Program-made: the position numbers and the translations under genes
Notes under the pieces: generated by a model
Told to the model about the DNA's origin: nothing
Seen by the model: the letters and a program-made list of their open reading frames with translations, nothing else
Databases searched by the model: none
From: Octopus vulgaris
Lineage: Eukaryota
Length of the DNA: 64,000 bases
Assembly (NCBI GenBank): GCA_951406725.2
Contig: OX597815.1
Location: 134,292,001 to 134,356,000, forward strand
Direction: 5' to 3'
Shown here: positions 51,572-64,000 of the stretch, piece after piece
Layout of the letters: every line of letters begins with the position of its first letter
Numbering within the stretch: the first letter of the stretch is position 1

Positions 51572-51601
51572 GTTTGTAACAATGACAAACGGTGAAGGTC
51601 A
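51563..51601 (-). promoter_or_regulatory. ERR-type element TGAAGGTCA (51593-51601, + strand) and YY1-like AACATGGCG overlapping the IDH3B ATG
   Basis: Exact match to TNAAGGTCA about 22 bp from the ATG; short motifs, function inferred. Confidence 0.4.
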
Positions 51602-51654
51602 CATTAATATACCTTTTGCAGCAGACGATCGGATATTTCTGGCTAGTAATATGT

Positions 51655-51864
51655 CTCTTTTACTCTTTTAGTTGTTTCAGTCATTTGACTGCGGCCATGC
51701 TGGAGCACCGCCTTTAGTCGAGCAACTCGACCCCGGGACTTATCCTTTTGTAAGCCCACTACTTATTCTATCGGTCTCTTTTGCCGAATCGCTAAGTTAC
51801 GGGGACATAAACACACCAGCATCGGTTGTCAAGCAATGCTAGGGGGACAAACACAGACACACAA

Positions 51865-51923
<59 letters not shown>

Positions 51924-52090
51924 TACGACGGGCTTCTTTCAGTTTCCGTCTACCAAATCTACTCACAAGTCTTTGGTCGACCTGAGGCTATAGTAGAAGA
52001 CACTTGCCCAAGGTGCCACGCAGTGGGACTGAACCCGGAACCATGTGGTTGGTAAGCAAGCTACTTGCCACACAGCCACTCCTGCGCCTA
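51655..52090 (-). mobile_element. tRNA-derived SINE, full-length
   Basis: tRNA-like head (GGCTGTGTGG...GGTTCAGTCC), internal microsatellite; near-identical copy at 55280-55668. Confidence 0.9.
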
Positions 52091-52717
52091 TGTATGTGTT
52101 TTTTGTTAATTTTTATTCATTTTTATATTGCTTTTTATACACAATAACGTCCTCACTTACAAGTTACTATTTACAATGGTAAGAATGATAAAAGATTCTG
52201 TGTAACTCGGACGAAACAGATATGATAAAACATTTTTGTTCGAAGGCCTTGTTATTTCTGGGGATGTTTTCTTGCTATTTATAAATTTTGTCAATACACA
52301 CTAGTGAAAGTCACCTGCATGCGTGAACACACAGACACAGACGCGCGTACAAATAATAAACATGCCTTAAAGTAAGAAAGAGTGAGAGAGAAGAGAGAAC
52401 ATGAGTAAGAGATGAGAGATAAAAAGAAGAAAAATAGAACTAAACAATAAAGAGGATGAAATTAGAAAAGTAAGAATAAAATAACAGACGACATGCATAA
52501 GATGTCTCCATATGTATAAATTGCACACAGAGTATACTTTTTCCCTTACATGTATGTCAGGTGGATGCATTCACACATACACATCTGTATACGAGCATAT
52601 ACACATATAGATAGTAATTATCTTAAGTTGTTCTGATGGTGGTGGTTTCCAGTTGCATAGTAAATGTTTGTTGAAGTGTTTGCATTCACTAAACATCTCT
52701 GCTCTTGTGTCTAAATA

Positions 52718-54007
52718 CGAGGGATGTTCAATAAGTAATGCCTCTGACCCATTTGCAATTGTTTGATCTAGCTGAAATTTTGCATGTGCAATCATTTATA
52801 TCTCTATAGATAAAGTGACAAATTACAGCTCTGAACTAATTGTGGTTTCTGATTTACAGGTGTTTGAACTGAGTCAAGTGTGAAATGGAGCCTGTTGAGT
52901 GTCGAGCAGTGATCCGGTTTTTGTATTTGAAAGGACGCACACCACGGGAGACTTTTGATGAAATGAAAGTAACTTATGGTGATGATGCCCCATCATATGA
53001 CCTTGTAAAACGCTGGCATTGTGAATTCAAACATGGTCGGAACTCTGTGGAAACAGCTCCCAGATCTGGTCGCCCCTTCTGCCATTGATGAGGCATCTGT
53101 CCGTCAAGTTGAGGCTGCCATTTTGGAAGATCGACGCATAATTATTCGCCAAATAGCCCATGAGGTCAAGATTAGTACCGGGTCTGTGGAAACTATCATT
53201 CATGACCATTTGCATATGCAAAAGGTGTCTGCCAGATGGATTCCCAGGTTGCTCACGCCTTTCCAGAAGCAAGAACGCGTCGAGTGCTCGAGGATGAATT
53301 TGGAGATGTGCCAAGAAGATGAGTCAAAATTTTTCAAAAGACTGATTACACAGGATGAAACCTGGGTCCATCACGATGATCCAGAGACCAAAGCCCAGTC
53401 AATGCAGTGGAAGCACCGTGACTCACCCCCTCCAAAGAAGGCAAGGGTGCAGCCCTCCGCTGGCATGGTCATGCTCACAGTCTTCTGGGACCAGGACGGA
53501 GTAGTGATGACAGATTTCCAGGCAAAGGGTACCACAATTACAGGAGCCTATTATGCTTCACTTTTGAGGAAATTAAGAGAAGTTATCAAAATCAAGAGGC
53601 GGGGCAAGATCAGCAAAGGCATCCTCCTCCTGCAGGACAACGCTCCGGTCCACAACTCGCTTGTCGCCAGATCAGAAGCACAGGCGTATGGCTATGAACT
53701 CCTCCCCATCCCCCCTACTTTCCTGACATTGCACCCTCTGATTTTCACCTCTTCCCAGTCATGAAGTTGTTTTTGAAAGGAAAGCGTTTCCCAGATGATG
53801 CAGCCTTGATTTCTGAAGTCACGTTCAGGTTGGAGGACCAAGCTGGGGTCTTCTACAAAAACGGTCTCCAGAGCTGCATCAAACGATGGTAGAAATGCGT
53901 ATCCCTGGGTGGTTCCTATGTAGAAAAAGACTAATAACTTTGCCAAGTTTCGTTGCTCTACTGCTATAGGAAGTGGGTCAGGGGCATTACTTATTGAACG
54001 CCCCTCG
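52718..54007 (+). mobile_element. Full-length mariner (DD34D) transposon
   Basis: TIR CGAGGG..GTTCAATAAGTAATGCC.CTGACCCA at both ends; TA TSD; 1290 bp. Confidence 0.97.
52885..53934 (+). pseudogene. Mariner transposase pseudogene
   Basis: WIPRLL, ITQDETWVHH, LLQDNAPVH and PDIAPSDFHLF motifs; frameshifts near 53080 and 53710 and a premature TAG near 53890. Confidence 0.93.
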
Positions 54008-54837
54008 TACAAGCAAGAGGTTCATGTATCCCAGAATATGACGCTCTTTTCAGCTGATGTCACATATTTTAGTTCTCTTTTTGAATGGTTTGAACTTTTT
54101 GATTCTGTTGTGTTTGGGGAGTGTCATTCTGTTTTAATGCCTTATTAATTAACAAACTCACTGGTTTGATTTCCACTCATTTACTTTTTTTTTTTTTTTT
54201 TCTAAAATTTTCATTGCTCCAAGCAACCTCTTCAATAGTTGTTGACACTCCCCAGACACCTCAAAATATGCTTCAACATATGAAGTCACATAAAGAATCA
54301 TGCAACTCAAATACAAAAACTTTTTATTTCCCACTTGATGAATTTATTTGCTACTGTTTTAAGTTTCAGATCTGATTTGATAATTTTGTAGAATTTCTAT
54401 TTTTTATGTGTCTGAACACAGAGGGATGTGTATGTAACCATATAGCATAGTCCTCTATTATACACTATACTGAATGCAGTTATCATTGTACCAGTACCCG
54501 TGAGGTTGCTTTGTATCTCACAAAACTTCTGACCACTTTAATATATGTTTATTTTCACAAGGCAAGAAACCAAAAAGGTGTATAGAAGAGAGACCAATGG
54601 AGGAACCATGATGGACGAGTGAAGGTAGCAAGATTATTATGGTAGAAACAGAATGAATGGGGTGAATTGGCAGAGAGTGATGGATAGAGATGAATAGCTT
54701 GGCACTGTTTTATACAGCCATTACCATCTATATATCATATTTCTATACTAAATCTTGCACACTACCTTTGATAGTTCTTATAACCAATTTTTCTCTCAGC
54801 TCATATATACTCCTTTGTTTATGCACACTAATCTTAC

Positions 54838-55197
54838 ACTGTGAAGGCACAATGGCCTGGTGGTTAGGGCAGCAGACTTGTGGTTTCAATTCCCAGACCA
54901 GACATTGTGAGTGTTTATTGATCAAAAACACCTAAAGCTCCATGACGCTCCAACAAGGGCTAATGGCAAACCTTGCTGTACTCTTTCACCACAACTTTCT
55001 CCCACTCTTTCTTCCTGTTTCTGTTGTACCTGTATTTCAAAGGGCCAGCCTTGTCACACTGAATCTCCTCAAGAAGAATATTAAGGGTACACGTGTCTGT
55101 AGAGTGTTCAGCCACTTGCATGTTAATTTCACGAGCAGGCTGTTCTGCTGATTGGACCAACTGGAACCCTTGTCGTTGTAGCTGACAGAGTGCCACA
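54838..55197 (+). mobile_element. tRNA-derived SINE (second family)
   Basis: TGGCCTGGTGGTTAGGG...TTCAATTCC head followed by a SINE body. Confidence 0.6.
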
Positions 55198-55279
55198 TGA
55201 AATGTTACACATCTAGGAGAGCATACTTGCTTAATTTCGTTTTAATCCTTGCTACTCTGCATTTTATGTCTATATTATA

Positions 55280-55668
55280 CTCTTTACTCTTTTACTTGTT
55301 TCAGTCATTTGACTGTGGCCATGCTGGAGCACCGCTTTTAATCGAGCAACTCGACCCCGGGACTTATTCTTTTGTAAGCCCAGTACTTATTCTATCAGTC
55401 TCTTTTGCCGAACTGCTAAGTTACGGGGACATAAACACACCAGCATCGGTTGTCAAGCAATGCTAGGAGGACAAACACAGACACGCAAACGCATATATAT
55501 ACATATATACGACGGGCTTCTTTCAGTTTCCGTCTACCAAATCCACTCACAAGGCTTTGGTCGGTCCGAGGCTATAGTAGAAGACACTTGCCCAAGGTGC
55601 CACACAGTGGGACTTAACCCTGAACCATGTGGTTGGTAAACAAGCTACTTATCACACAGCCACTCCTT
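55280..55668 (-). mobile_element. tRNA-derived SINE
   Basis: Same family as 51655-52090. Confidence 0.9.
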
Positions 55669-57892
55669 ATGTGCAAGTGTGTGTTAAATTTACACATAAA
55701 AGAGGTATCAGAGGATCAGTCTTCTCCTATATATCATGTAGGTGTTTTTAACACCAATTTTAGCAAATTGTTATTTAACCACTTGTATAGCATTTAGATC
55801 TTGGTATGCTTCTGAGATCAGTATTCTGTTTGAGTTTGTGCGACATTATAAAACTTGTTAACAACACACTGACAGAGATGTTTCCACTGTTAAAAACTTC
55901 CCAGTGACATGGTTTAAGGTTCAGTCCTACTGCATGGCACTTTGGGCAAGTGCTTTCTATTATAGTTCTGAGCAAACCATAGCCTTGTCAGTGGACTTGG
56001 TAGATGGAAACTGAAAGAGACCATTGTACATATATGTGTATATAATTTACCTTTTACTTGTTTCAGTCATTAGACTATGGCCATGCTGTAGTAAATTTAT
56101 GTCAAATGATGGAATACACTCAAATATACACTTACAGCCACCAATTGGCACTCGTATCTTCTACTTATTTGCTCAAGAATTTCATTGTCATTATTTTTTC
56201 CTGTAACACTTTTTACTTTTTATTTAATTATTTTTTTATTACATTTCTATTACAAGCATTATGATCTATAATAAACTTTGTCATATTTTACATTCCAAAC
56301 TGAACCTTATAATTCATTTGCTGAATTTTATTTCATTCAGTTTTTGAATTTCTGTTAGTTTTTTGTATGTGATCACATTTTTGCTATTTGCACATTGCTT
56401 CAAAGCTTTCTTAAATACAATTCTTGATCTGCTATGCATATTTTATTTCAGCATGTACTATATTTCTTTTTGTGAAACAAAGTTTAATGTCTAAGTACTG
56501 ATGTTTCTGCAGGCAACCTCACTAGTGCTGGTGTCATGAAAAAATACACCCAGCACACACTGTCAAGTTGTTGGTGTTAGGAAGGGCATCCAGCCATAGA
56601 AGATATGCCAAAGCTGACACTGAATCTTGGCAATGCCTTGTGATTCACCAGATCTTGTCAAACTGTCCAAGCTATACCAGCATGAAAACAAAATGAATGA
56701 TAGATGGTGATGATGTTAAAATAACATCAAATGTGACCATTTATTAGAAATATTTTGAAAGAAATAAGTTACCATTTTGTAACTACATTGGATTTCTCTT
56801 TCAAGTAGAATATAAAAGCACCATAAACAAAAATATATTTTAACTACATATATACTGAAATCAGTTTTTGGATGATACATGGGGAAAGAAGAATTTTGCA
56901 AGTATTCATTATTGTCATCATTTAATATCCGTTGTCCATGCTGGCATGGGTTGGATGGTTTGATCAGGGCTGGTAAGCTGAGGAGCTGCACCAGATTCTA
57001 GTCTGATTTGGCATGGTTTCTGTGGCTGGATGCCCTTCCTAATACCAACCACTCCAAGAGTGTACTAGGTGCTTTTACATGTCACTGGCACAGGCGTCAG
57101 TTTGCATGACACCAATATCTGCTATGGTTTCACTTGGCTTGATGAGTCTTCTCAAGTATGTCATTTGTCATTGCCTCTGTGAGGCCCAACAAACAGAAAC
57201 AGAAACAAAAATTAAGCAGATTCTTGTAATTTTTTCTAAAATCTAGAATTGCTAAAAAAATAAAATGAGTCCAACATTTCCTTGGCCTTCAACCCAACCC
57301 CTAAACTGACACATCCACACTCCTTCATCTGGCCAAACTTGTCCTCTTACTTAACTGCTTCTCATTCACAGGGGATTTTTACCAGTGGTCTTGGGAGTTG
57401 TTGTGGGAATGAGAATGGGCTCCAACTATGCGAACCTGTTCGTTGGCTACATTGAGACCCAAATGTGCCACCAGCATGGGTGCTAGTTATGTGACATCAG
57501 CATCAGCTACATTGCCTCCATGATATGGCTGTGCTGGTGTCACATAACCAGCACCCGTGCTGGTGGCACATAAAACTACCTCCCGTGTATTGGGCTTTAT
57601 AGAGGCAATGAAGTTCAGTGTATGAGTATTATAGTTCTTTATTTCAAACATGAAATTACAGCTGTAGATTTATCATTTATGAATCAGCACTATCATTAGT
57701 TTAACAAGAACATCACAATCTCACTGAAATAATTAATAAACACATTGCAAACAGAATAAAAATGTATAAAACATATACAAAATATAAAACAAAAGTAGTA
57801 GAAATCATATCACTTTTGGAACTGTAAGTGGTGTTGAAATGGTAACAAAAATGTATATAAAATTACTTTCAAAATAATATTTAATTGATAAG

Positions 57893-58113
57893 AAGGTGGC
57901 GAGCCGGCAGAAACATTAGCACGCTGGGCGAAATGTTTAGCGGTATTTTGTCTGTCTTTACATTCTGAGTGCAATTTCTGCCAAGGTCGAATTTGCCTTT
58001 CATCCTTTCGGTGTCAATAAATTAAGTACCAGTTGTGTACTGGGGGTCAATCTAATCAACTGCCCCCCCCCCTTCCACCAAAAATTTCAGGCCTTGTTCC
58101 AAGAGTGGAAAAG
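57893..58113 (+). mobile_element. SINE (third family) with 17-bp TSD
   Basis: TSD AATATTTAATTGATAAG at 57876 and 58114; inverted copy at 58735-58950. Confidence 0.88.
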
Positions 58114-58734
58114 AATATTTAATTGATAAGGAATTTATACAGCAGGCATTTTTTTTTTGTTTTGTTTTAGAAACAATAGTAAAGAGTTATTCCAGGCAAG
58201 AGTAACAGAATTGATAGAGTACCAAACTAATAATAACCTTGTGGTATTTACTTATGATCCTGTAAGTTTTGAGTTTAAAATTCTGCTAGGGTCAACTTTA
58301 TTTTTTTGAAGTTAACAAAATTACAACTATTCAAGTATTGGAGTCAAGTTAATCATCTACACCTGCTTCCCTTAAAATTATCTCCTGATGCCTATGTTAG
58401 ATATTACTACTACTACTAAAACCACTATTTTGCTGGCAGATTCATTAAAGTGTTGGAAGCATTTTTTCCAGCTCTTTATGTTCTGAATTCCCATTCTGCT
58501 TAGGTCATCCTTGATTTTCATCCTATATATATATATTTATATATAAAACTCAAGACAAGATGAAGTTTAGCTGAACACAAAAAAATGTTCATCATAAATA
58601 TATACAGAAGTTAAAAAGTTTACAAAAACTTTTTGTTATATTTAATCAGTTAAGTAGATAACTTACAAAATAATTTGCCAACAATGTATCTTTCCATTAT
58701 TAAAATTTGTTTATATTTGCATGTAGATATATAT

Positions 58735-58950
58735 TCTTTTCTACTCTAAGCACAAGGCCTGAAATTTGGGGGGAGGGGGTCCAGTTGATTAGATTGACCC
58801 TAGTATGCAACTGGTACTTAATTTATCGACCCTGAAAGGATGAAAGGTAAAGTCGACCATGGCAGAATTTGAACTCAGAATGTAAAGACAGATGAAATAC
58901 CGCTAAGCATTTCGTCCGGTGTGCTAAAATTTCTGCCAGCTCACCGCCTT
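58735..58950 (-). mobile_element. SINE (third family)
   Basis: Reverse-complement homologue of 57893-58113. Confidence 0.88.
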
Positions 58951-59075
58951 ACATACATGTATATTTATACACACGTGTGTGTGTACACACACATACATTC
59001 ATTATGTAAGGCACACATACATGTTTATTTGTATAATAATGCAGGGTTAGCTTAAGGAATGTAATTCAATCTTCT

Positions 59076-59328
59076 TTAAAATTTAGCTCCCATAAATTTA
59101 AATACCCAAGCTCTTTTGCTTGGCATTTCATTAATTTGAATATTTGGAATCATTAACATGATACCAGTTATCGTCTCTTTGATTTCAATATTTCCACTAT
59201 AGCCCAGTAAAGAGACACTGATAGATGGCAAGTAGTCAACTGATCCAAGATGGATGAAGTTTCCTTTTGGTCTATCTAAGACAATAGCATAGACAGCTGT
59301 ACCATTGCTGGCTTTATTGGATGTATAC
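59076..59328 (-). CDS. FUCA: alpha-L-fucosidase (GH29), terminal exon
   Basis: (W)YTSNKASNGTAVYAIVLDRP...LGS...VSLLGY...AWVFKFMGAKF*; in phase with the previous exon. AATAAA on the - strand at 59024-59029. Confidence 0.92.
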
Positions 59329-60236
59329 CTAGAAGAGACAAACAAGACAGAATTTTAACTGATATTCTTGATTAAACATAAACAGAAATAATATTCAGAA
59401 CAAGTAGTTTAGCCAACAAATTTAGTCAATGATGATTTTTAAAACTGACGTATTTCAATATAAATAAATAGATTTTGTGTTAGTTTCAACAAATGATGGT
59501 TTTACTCATTAAGTAAATGGGCATAGATGTGGCTGTGTGATTGAGAAGTTTACTTCCCAGTGACATGGTTTAAGGTTCAGTCCTACTGCATGGCACTTTG
59601 GGCAAGTGCTTTCTATTATAGTTCTGAGCAAACCATAGCCTTGTCAGTGGACTTGGTAGATGGAAACTGAAAGAGACCATCGTACATATATGTGTATATA
59701 ATTGACATTTTACTTGTTTCAGTTATTAGACTGTGGCCATGCTGTAGTAGTATGTATATATGTGTGTGTGTGCGTGCGCATGATTGTATGTGTGGAGTTT
59801 AGTGCCTCCTTGACTCGACATCACATCACAATTGAATATGAGTGTCAGCATTATACAAGAGGTGTCAATTGTTTCCATTCTGCGAAAATATGTTTGGTCA
59901 TGGGAAAATATTACCTTACTTGGAAACAGATGAGGGTAGGTGACAAAGGGCATCCAGGTGCAGAAAATTTGCCTCAGTGAATTCTGTCTGACCCATGTGA
60001 GCATGAAAACATGGATGCTAAAATGATGATGACAACTATCTACTTACTGAATTATAGTGCAAATGCCTAAACAGTCTACAGATACTTTTAGGCTTAATGT
60101 AATCCTTGAGAAAACTCTGTATAACAGTGTGTGTGTGTATGTGTGTGTCTGTTAGAGAGAGAGAGATGTTGGCCTTCATATTGCATGTACAGTCTATATG
60201 GTCAATACAAGAAATAAACAAACTGCTATAACTTAC

Positions 60237-60407
60237 CATATTCTTGGAGTAACTGTATCATTTTGGTGAAGCCAAGGTTTGGAAGAGTAGATTGCTTCCC
60301 CATTGAGCTTTAACCATTGTCCAAACTGTAACAGACGTTCCTCAAAGATTGGTGAAATACGGCCGTCATGAGTTGGTCCAACATTTACAAGCAAATTGCC
60401 ACCACAA
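60237..60407 (-). CDS. FUCA: alpha-L-fucosidase (GH29), penultimate exon; the 5' part of the gene lies beyond the window
   Basis: ttctcag|(S)[56 protein letters not shown](W)|gtaagt; GGNLL.N.GP and NGEAIY are GH29 motifs. Confidence 0.94.
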
Positions 60408-60476
60408 CTGAGAAACAAAAATTAAGCAGATTCTTGTAATTTTTTCTAAAATCTAGAATTGTTAAAAAAATAAAAT

Positions 60477-62290
60477 GAGGCCAACATTTCCTTGGCCTTC
60501 GACCCAACCCCCAAACTGACACATCCACACTCCTTCATCTGGCCAAACTTGTCCTCTCACTTAACTGCTTCTCATTCACAGGGGATTTTTACCAGCGGTC
60601 TCGGGAGTTGTTGTGGGAATGAGAATGGGCTCCAACTATGTGAACCTGTTCGTTGGCTACATTGAGGCCCAAATATTCTCAAGATTCACTGGTCCCACTC
60701 TCAAACTATATGGTCGTTATATTGACGACTGTATTGGTACAACCTCATTTTCCCGCAAACATCTAGACTCCTTCCTCTCTTTTGCCAAACCTTTCCATCC
60801 TGCCCTCCACTTCTCCTGCACTATTTCCAACACTTCAGTCGCCTTTCTCAACATTTCGGTCAGCATTCATCACTCCACTCTCTCCATCTCCATCCACTAC
60901 AAACACACAGACTCACACTCATACCTCAACTTCTCCTCCTCCCACCCTAAACGCACCAAGCTCTCCATCCCCTATTCCCAATTCCTTCATCTACACAGGC
61001 TCTGCAGTGAAGACCATGACTTTGAGATTCAGTCTCAACATATGGCTCGCCACTTCATCCTACGAGGATATTCCCTCACCACTATCCACACCACCCTTGC
61101 CAGAGCATGTTCCGTGGACTGTACATCTGCTTTCTCCCCCCGCACCTGCTCCACCATCACCCATCTCCCCTCACCACCCCACCTCTCCAAAACACCATTC
61201 TCCAAGCCTTCCGGCAACTTCAGTCTGACCCCTCCACTTCGCACATCTTTCCTAACTGACCCCTCCCCTCCTTCAAATGACCCCACAACCTACAGGACCT
61301 CTTGGTTCACAGCTTCTTCCCTAACCCAACCTCCCAACCTGGCTCGTTCCCCTGCTCCCACCCATGCTGCTGCACTTGCCCTTACCTCTCCAACAGCACC
61401 CTCCTCACAGGCACTCATCATTGACCCTATCATATCACTGACTCCTTCACCTTCAATTCTAGCAATGTCATCTACTGCATCTCTTACTCTCTCTATCCTC
61501 TATACATCAGTCAAACGGACGCCACTTGGCTGACTGGTTCTTAGAACACCTCTGAGACATCAGACTCAGCAACGACACCCCAATCTTACGTCATTTCCGC
61601 TCTACCAGTCATACTTTACAACACCTGTCTGTGTTCAGATTGTATTTGCACAGAGGCCATCCAGATTCCCGTCTTCACTGTGAACAGGGATTAATCTTCT
61701 CTCTTCGCTCTTTTGCGCCCCATGGGCTCCACTTTACTAACCTCTACATCTAGCCCTCCTCCACTCTCCTCTCTTCCTCTCACACCCACTTCCTCCCACC
61801 CACCTCACCTCTCTTGCTCAGACACCTACTTCCCCTCTTCAATCCTACCCACCTTCTCCCTTCATCGTCACCCCTCCCTCGTTACTCCACCCCACACATT
61901 CCAACCCTACCATCTCTATATATCCCATCCCAGCCCCACACCTAAACACCACACCATATCACAACACCCTGCACACACTAGCACTGACCACTTCTCAGCA
62001 CCCACACCATCATCCACACACCTACACAAGCACATACGCACACGTCAAAGTCACCAGTCCCCTTCCACATGCACATACACAGTCTCACAAACACACACGT
62101 GCGCCTTTGTTTTGGGATCACCACTATTTTATGTGGCAACATTTGAAATATTGTTGAGGTATATGTGGCTGATGAGGATAAATCAAATATATGTTGGCAG
62201 ACATATTTTGAAGAATCTGAAACCGGTACCACATTATCCATTTCTAGGTATTTCATTTTCAGATGTGCTTCCTAGAGGTAAGACAATTTT
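60477..62290 (+). mobile_element. Penelope-like element (RT plus GIY-YIG), 5'-truncated, in a fucosidase intron
   Basis: G.RMGSNY.NLFVGYIE, YGRYIDDCIG, YK.TDSHSYL.F.SSHP and SIPYSQF...RLCS; NVIYCI...LYI.QT GIY-YIG remnant; hammerhead at the 3' end. Confidence 0.92.
62163..62234 (+). ncRNA. Minimal type I hammerhead ribozyme of the Penelope 3' repeat
   Basis: ATGTGG-CTGATGA-GGAT...ATCT-GAAAC-CG-GTA-CCACAT; perfect 6-bp stem I and palindromic ACCGGT stem III. Confidence 0.8.
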
Positions 62291-62490
62291 TTTCATGTTT
62301 GTTGCACACACGCATCTTTACTAGTACATACGCAGTGAAACTATACATTAGCATCGTATTTTTTATGTTTGCTATTTTCCAGTAAATATTGGTACTTCGT
62401 TGTGCCATTTATTTACTTTTATGTATAATTTTACCCTCACTGGCTATCCTTTACTGGAAAGCAATACTCTCGTATTGCATTACTATTTTC

Positions 62491-62535
<45 letters not shown>

Positions 62536-63377
62536 ACAGATTTCTTTAAAACTGAAAATATTATCTTACTTTACAATAGAGACATAAAACTGCAATAGTG
62601 TAAGAGATAAGAGATTTCTCTGGGCTTGCATTAGGCAAGAAGATAGAAATTTATTTGACCCATGACATTGCATGAACCTTGGCTATTGTATTAGACGACT
62701 GTTGCTTTAAGTATTTTATTTTGATTTTATGTATATGTGTATGTATGAGCCAATGAGGGAGACCTCTACGTGGTAGCTAGGCCTGTTAGAAATAGCAACC
62801 AAATCTCCCTCAAAACACCCTGCTGTCTTAATCCGACAATTCTGCCTATTATGTAGTTTGAATGAGAAACTGTAACTAAAGATTAAGATTATTAACCCCA
62901 AACTTGGACGGTGTTAATTAGTGGAGATGTTTGGTGATTGTATGTGGTGGTTACTTATGACTGTTTCTTCTACATAAGGATAATTGATTGACAACAAATC
63001 TTAACACAATATATATATACAACTTCAAGTGGAATCGGACATCATAAGAGACACAGAGACAAGAAAGAAGAAAGACAGCATAGCAACGGTTTGGGCTGAC
63101 TGTCATCCTGTACTTCCCTTGTTGCTAGCGAAATGGTATGTGCCAGCTGTCTGAGCAAACATGTTGCTTTCAATGGTGGAACAAACAGGACAAAAAGATT
63201 ACAAAAATAGTGATTCTCACTTTGAAACTAACAATTTTGAAAATCTTTTTAGATTACGGAATGCCCTGCTCTGTCATGTATCCATGTTTAAAATTACAGT
63301 GTGATCGGATGAAGAACACTCAAGTTATATATAAGCACACAAACAGACAGACAGAACAGATTTTATATACTATATAC

Positions 63378-63430
<53 letters not shown>

Positions 63431-63479
63431 GTATATGTACATACTTACACATGCGTCTAACTCCATTTCTTTATTTATC

Positions 63480-64000
63480 TGTTATACAAAAACATTTCAC
63501 TAAACCCTGGAATTACTACCTTTATAAGTAGGCTGTAACATCCTTGGTACTTATGTGAATTTTTTGCTAATTGTAATTTGAGTAGAATTCTTTGCGCAAC
63601 ATGTGTTCAAGCATTGTCTTGCAAGTGTCTTGCAAGAGAATTGGCCAGTTCTATTGACCAATCTTGGTTGTTTATTTGCAAGTTCATTCATCATTTCATC
63701 CAGTTGATTGATGTATACATCTGCTGTAATTAACTTACACTGGTGTCATCCACTACAGCTTCCTGAAGCTGTAGTGGATAACACCAGTGCTAGACCACCA
63801 AACAAACACCATTAGCTTCTTTGGAGAATATTCTTTTTTGGATTGTGTTTTGGCACTTCGTCTCTATCCAACCACAATGCAGAACACTTGCTATTATTGA
63901 AAGAATCCATTTTCCATCTCATGTAACAATACGATGCAAAAAAGGTTTGCTTTTATGCCATGACAGCAAAGAACAACAAGTTTCAAGATGACGTGTCATT
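63480..64000 (-). mobile_element. Degenerate mariner transposase fragment
   Basis: KPF.HRIVT, KKLMV.VWW, ITADVYINQLDEM and QDNA remnants on the - strand. Confidence 0.7.

Noticed and set aside
53021-53764. Active or domesticated transposase (SETMAR-like)
   Set aside because: Two frameshifts and a premature stop; TIRs present, no SET-domain exons.
60613-62324. 306-aa and 203-aa host protein ORFs
   Set aside because: These are a frameshifted Penelope RT and its C-rich 3' region.

Overview
Animal genomic DNA that is AT-rich and dense in microsatellites and SINEs. The repeat families and gene content suggest an Octopus (cephalopod) genome; this is an inference. Three spliced protein-coding genes can be reconstructed: a complete 6-exon ARL3 (+, 11292-26462, 181 aa), a complete 10-exon IDH3B (-, 51571-29251, 386 aa) convergent with it, and the last two exons of a GH29 alpha-L-fucosidase (-, 60407-59076). 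The rest is a 5S rRNA pseudogene, mariner/Tc1 elements and MITEs, RTE, CR1-like, R4/Dong, CRE and Penelope retroelement relics, a probable solo LTR and many SINEs. Four observations stand out. (1) About 460 nt of almost continuous RNA helices, of unknown identity, in the last IDH3B intron. (2) A palindromic element with tRNA-like heads, a minimal hammerhead ribozyme and a 12-bp target duplication, plus a second family with the same layout. (3) An intact minimal hammerhead at the 3' end of a Penelope element. (4) Many local templated duplications and foldback inversions, one of which copied IDH3B exon 2 with both splice dinucleotides intact.
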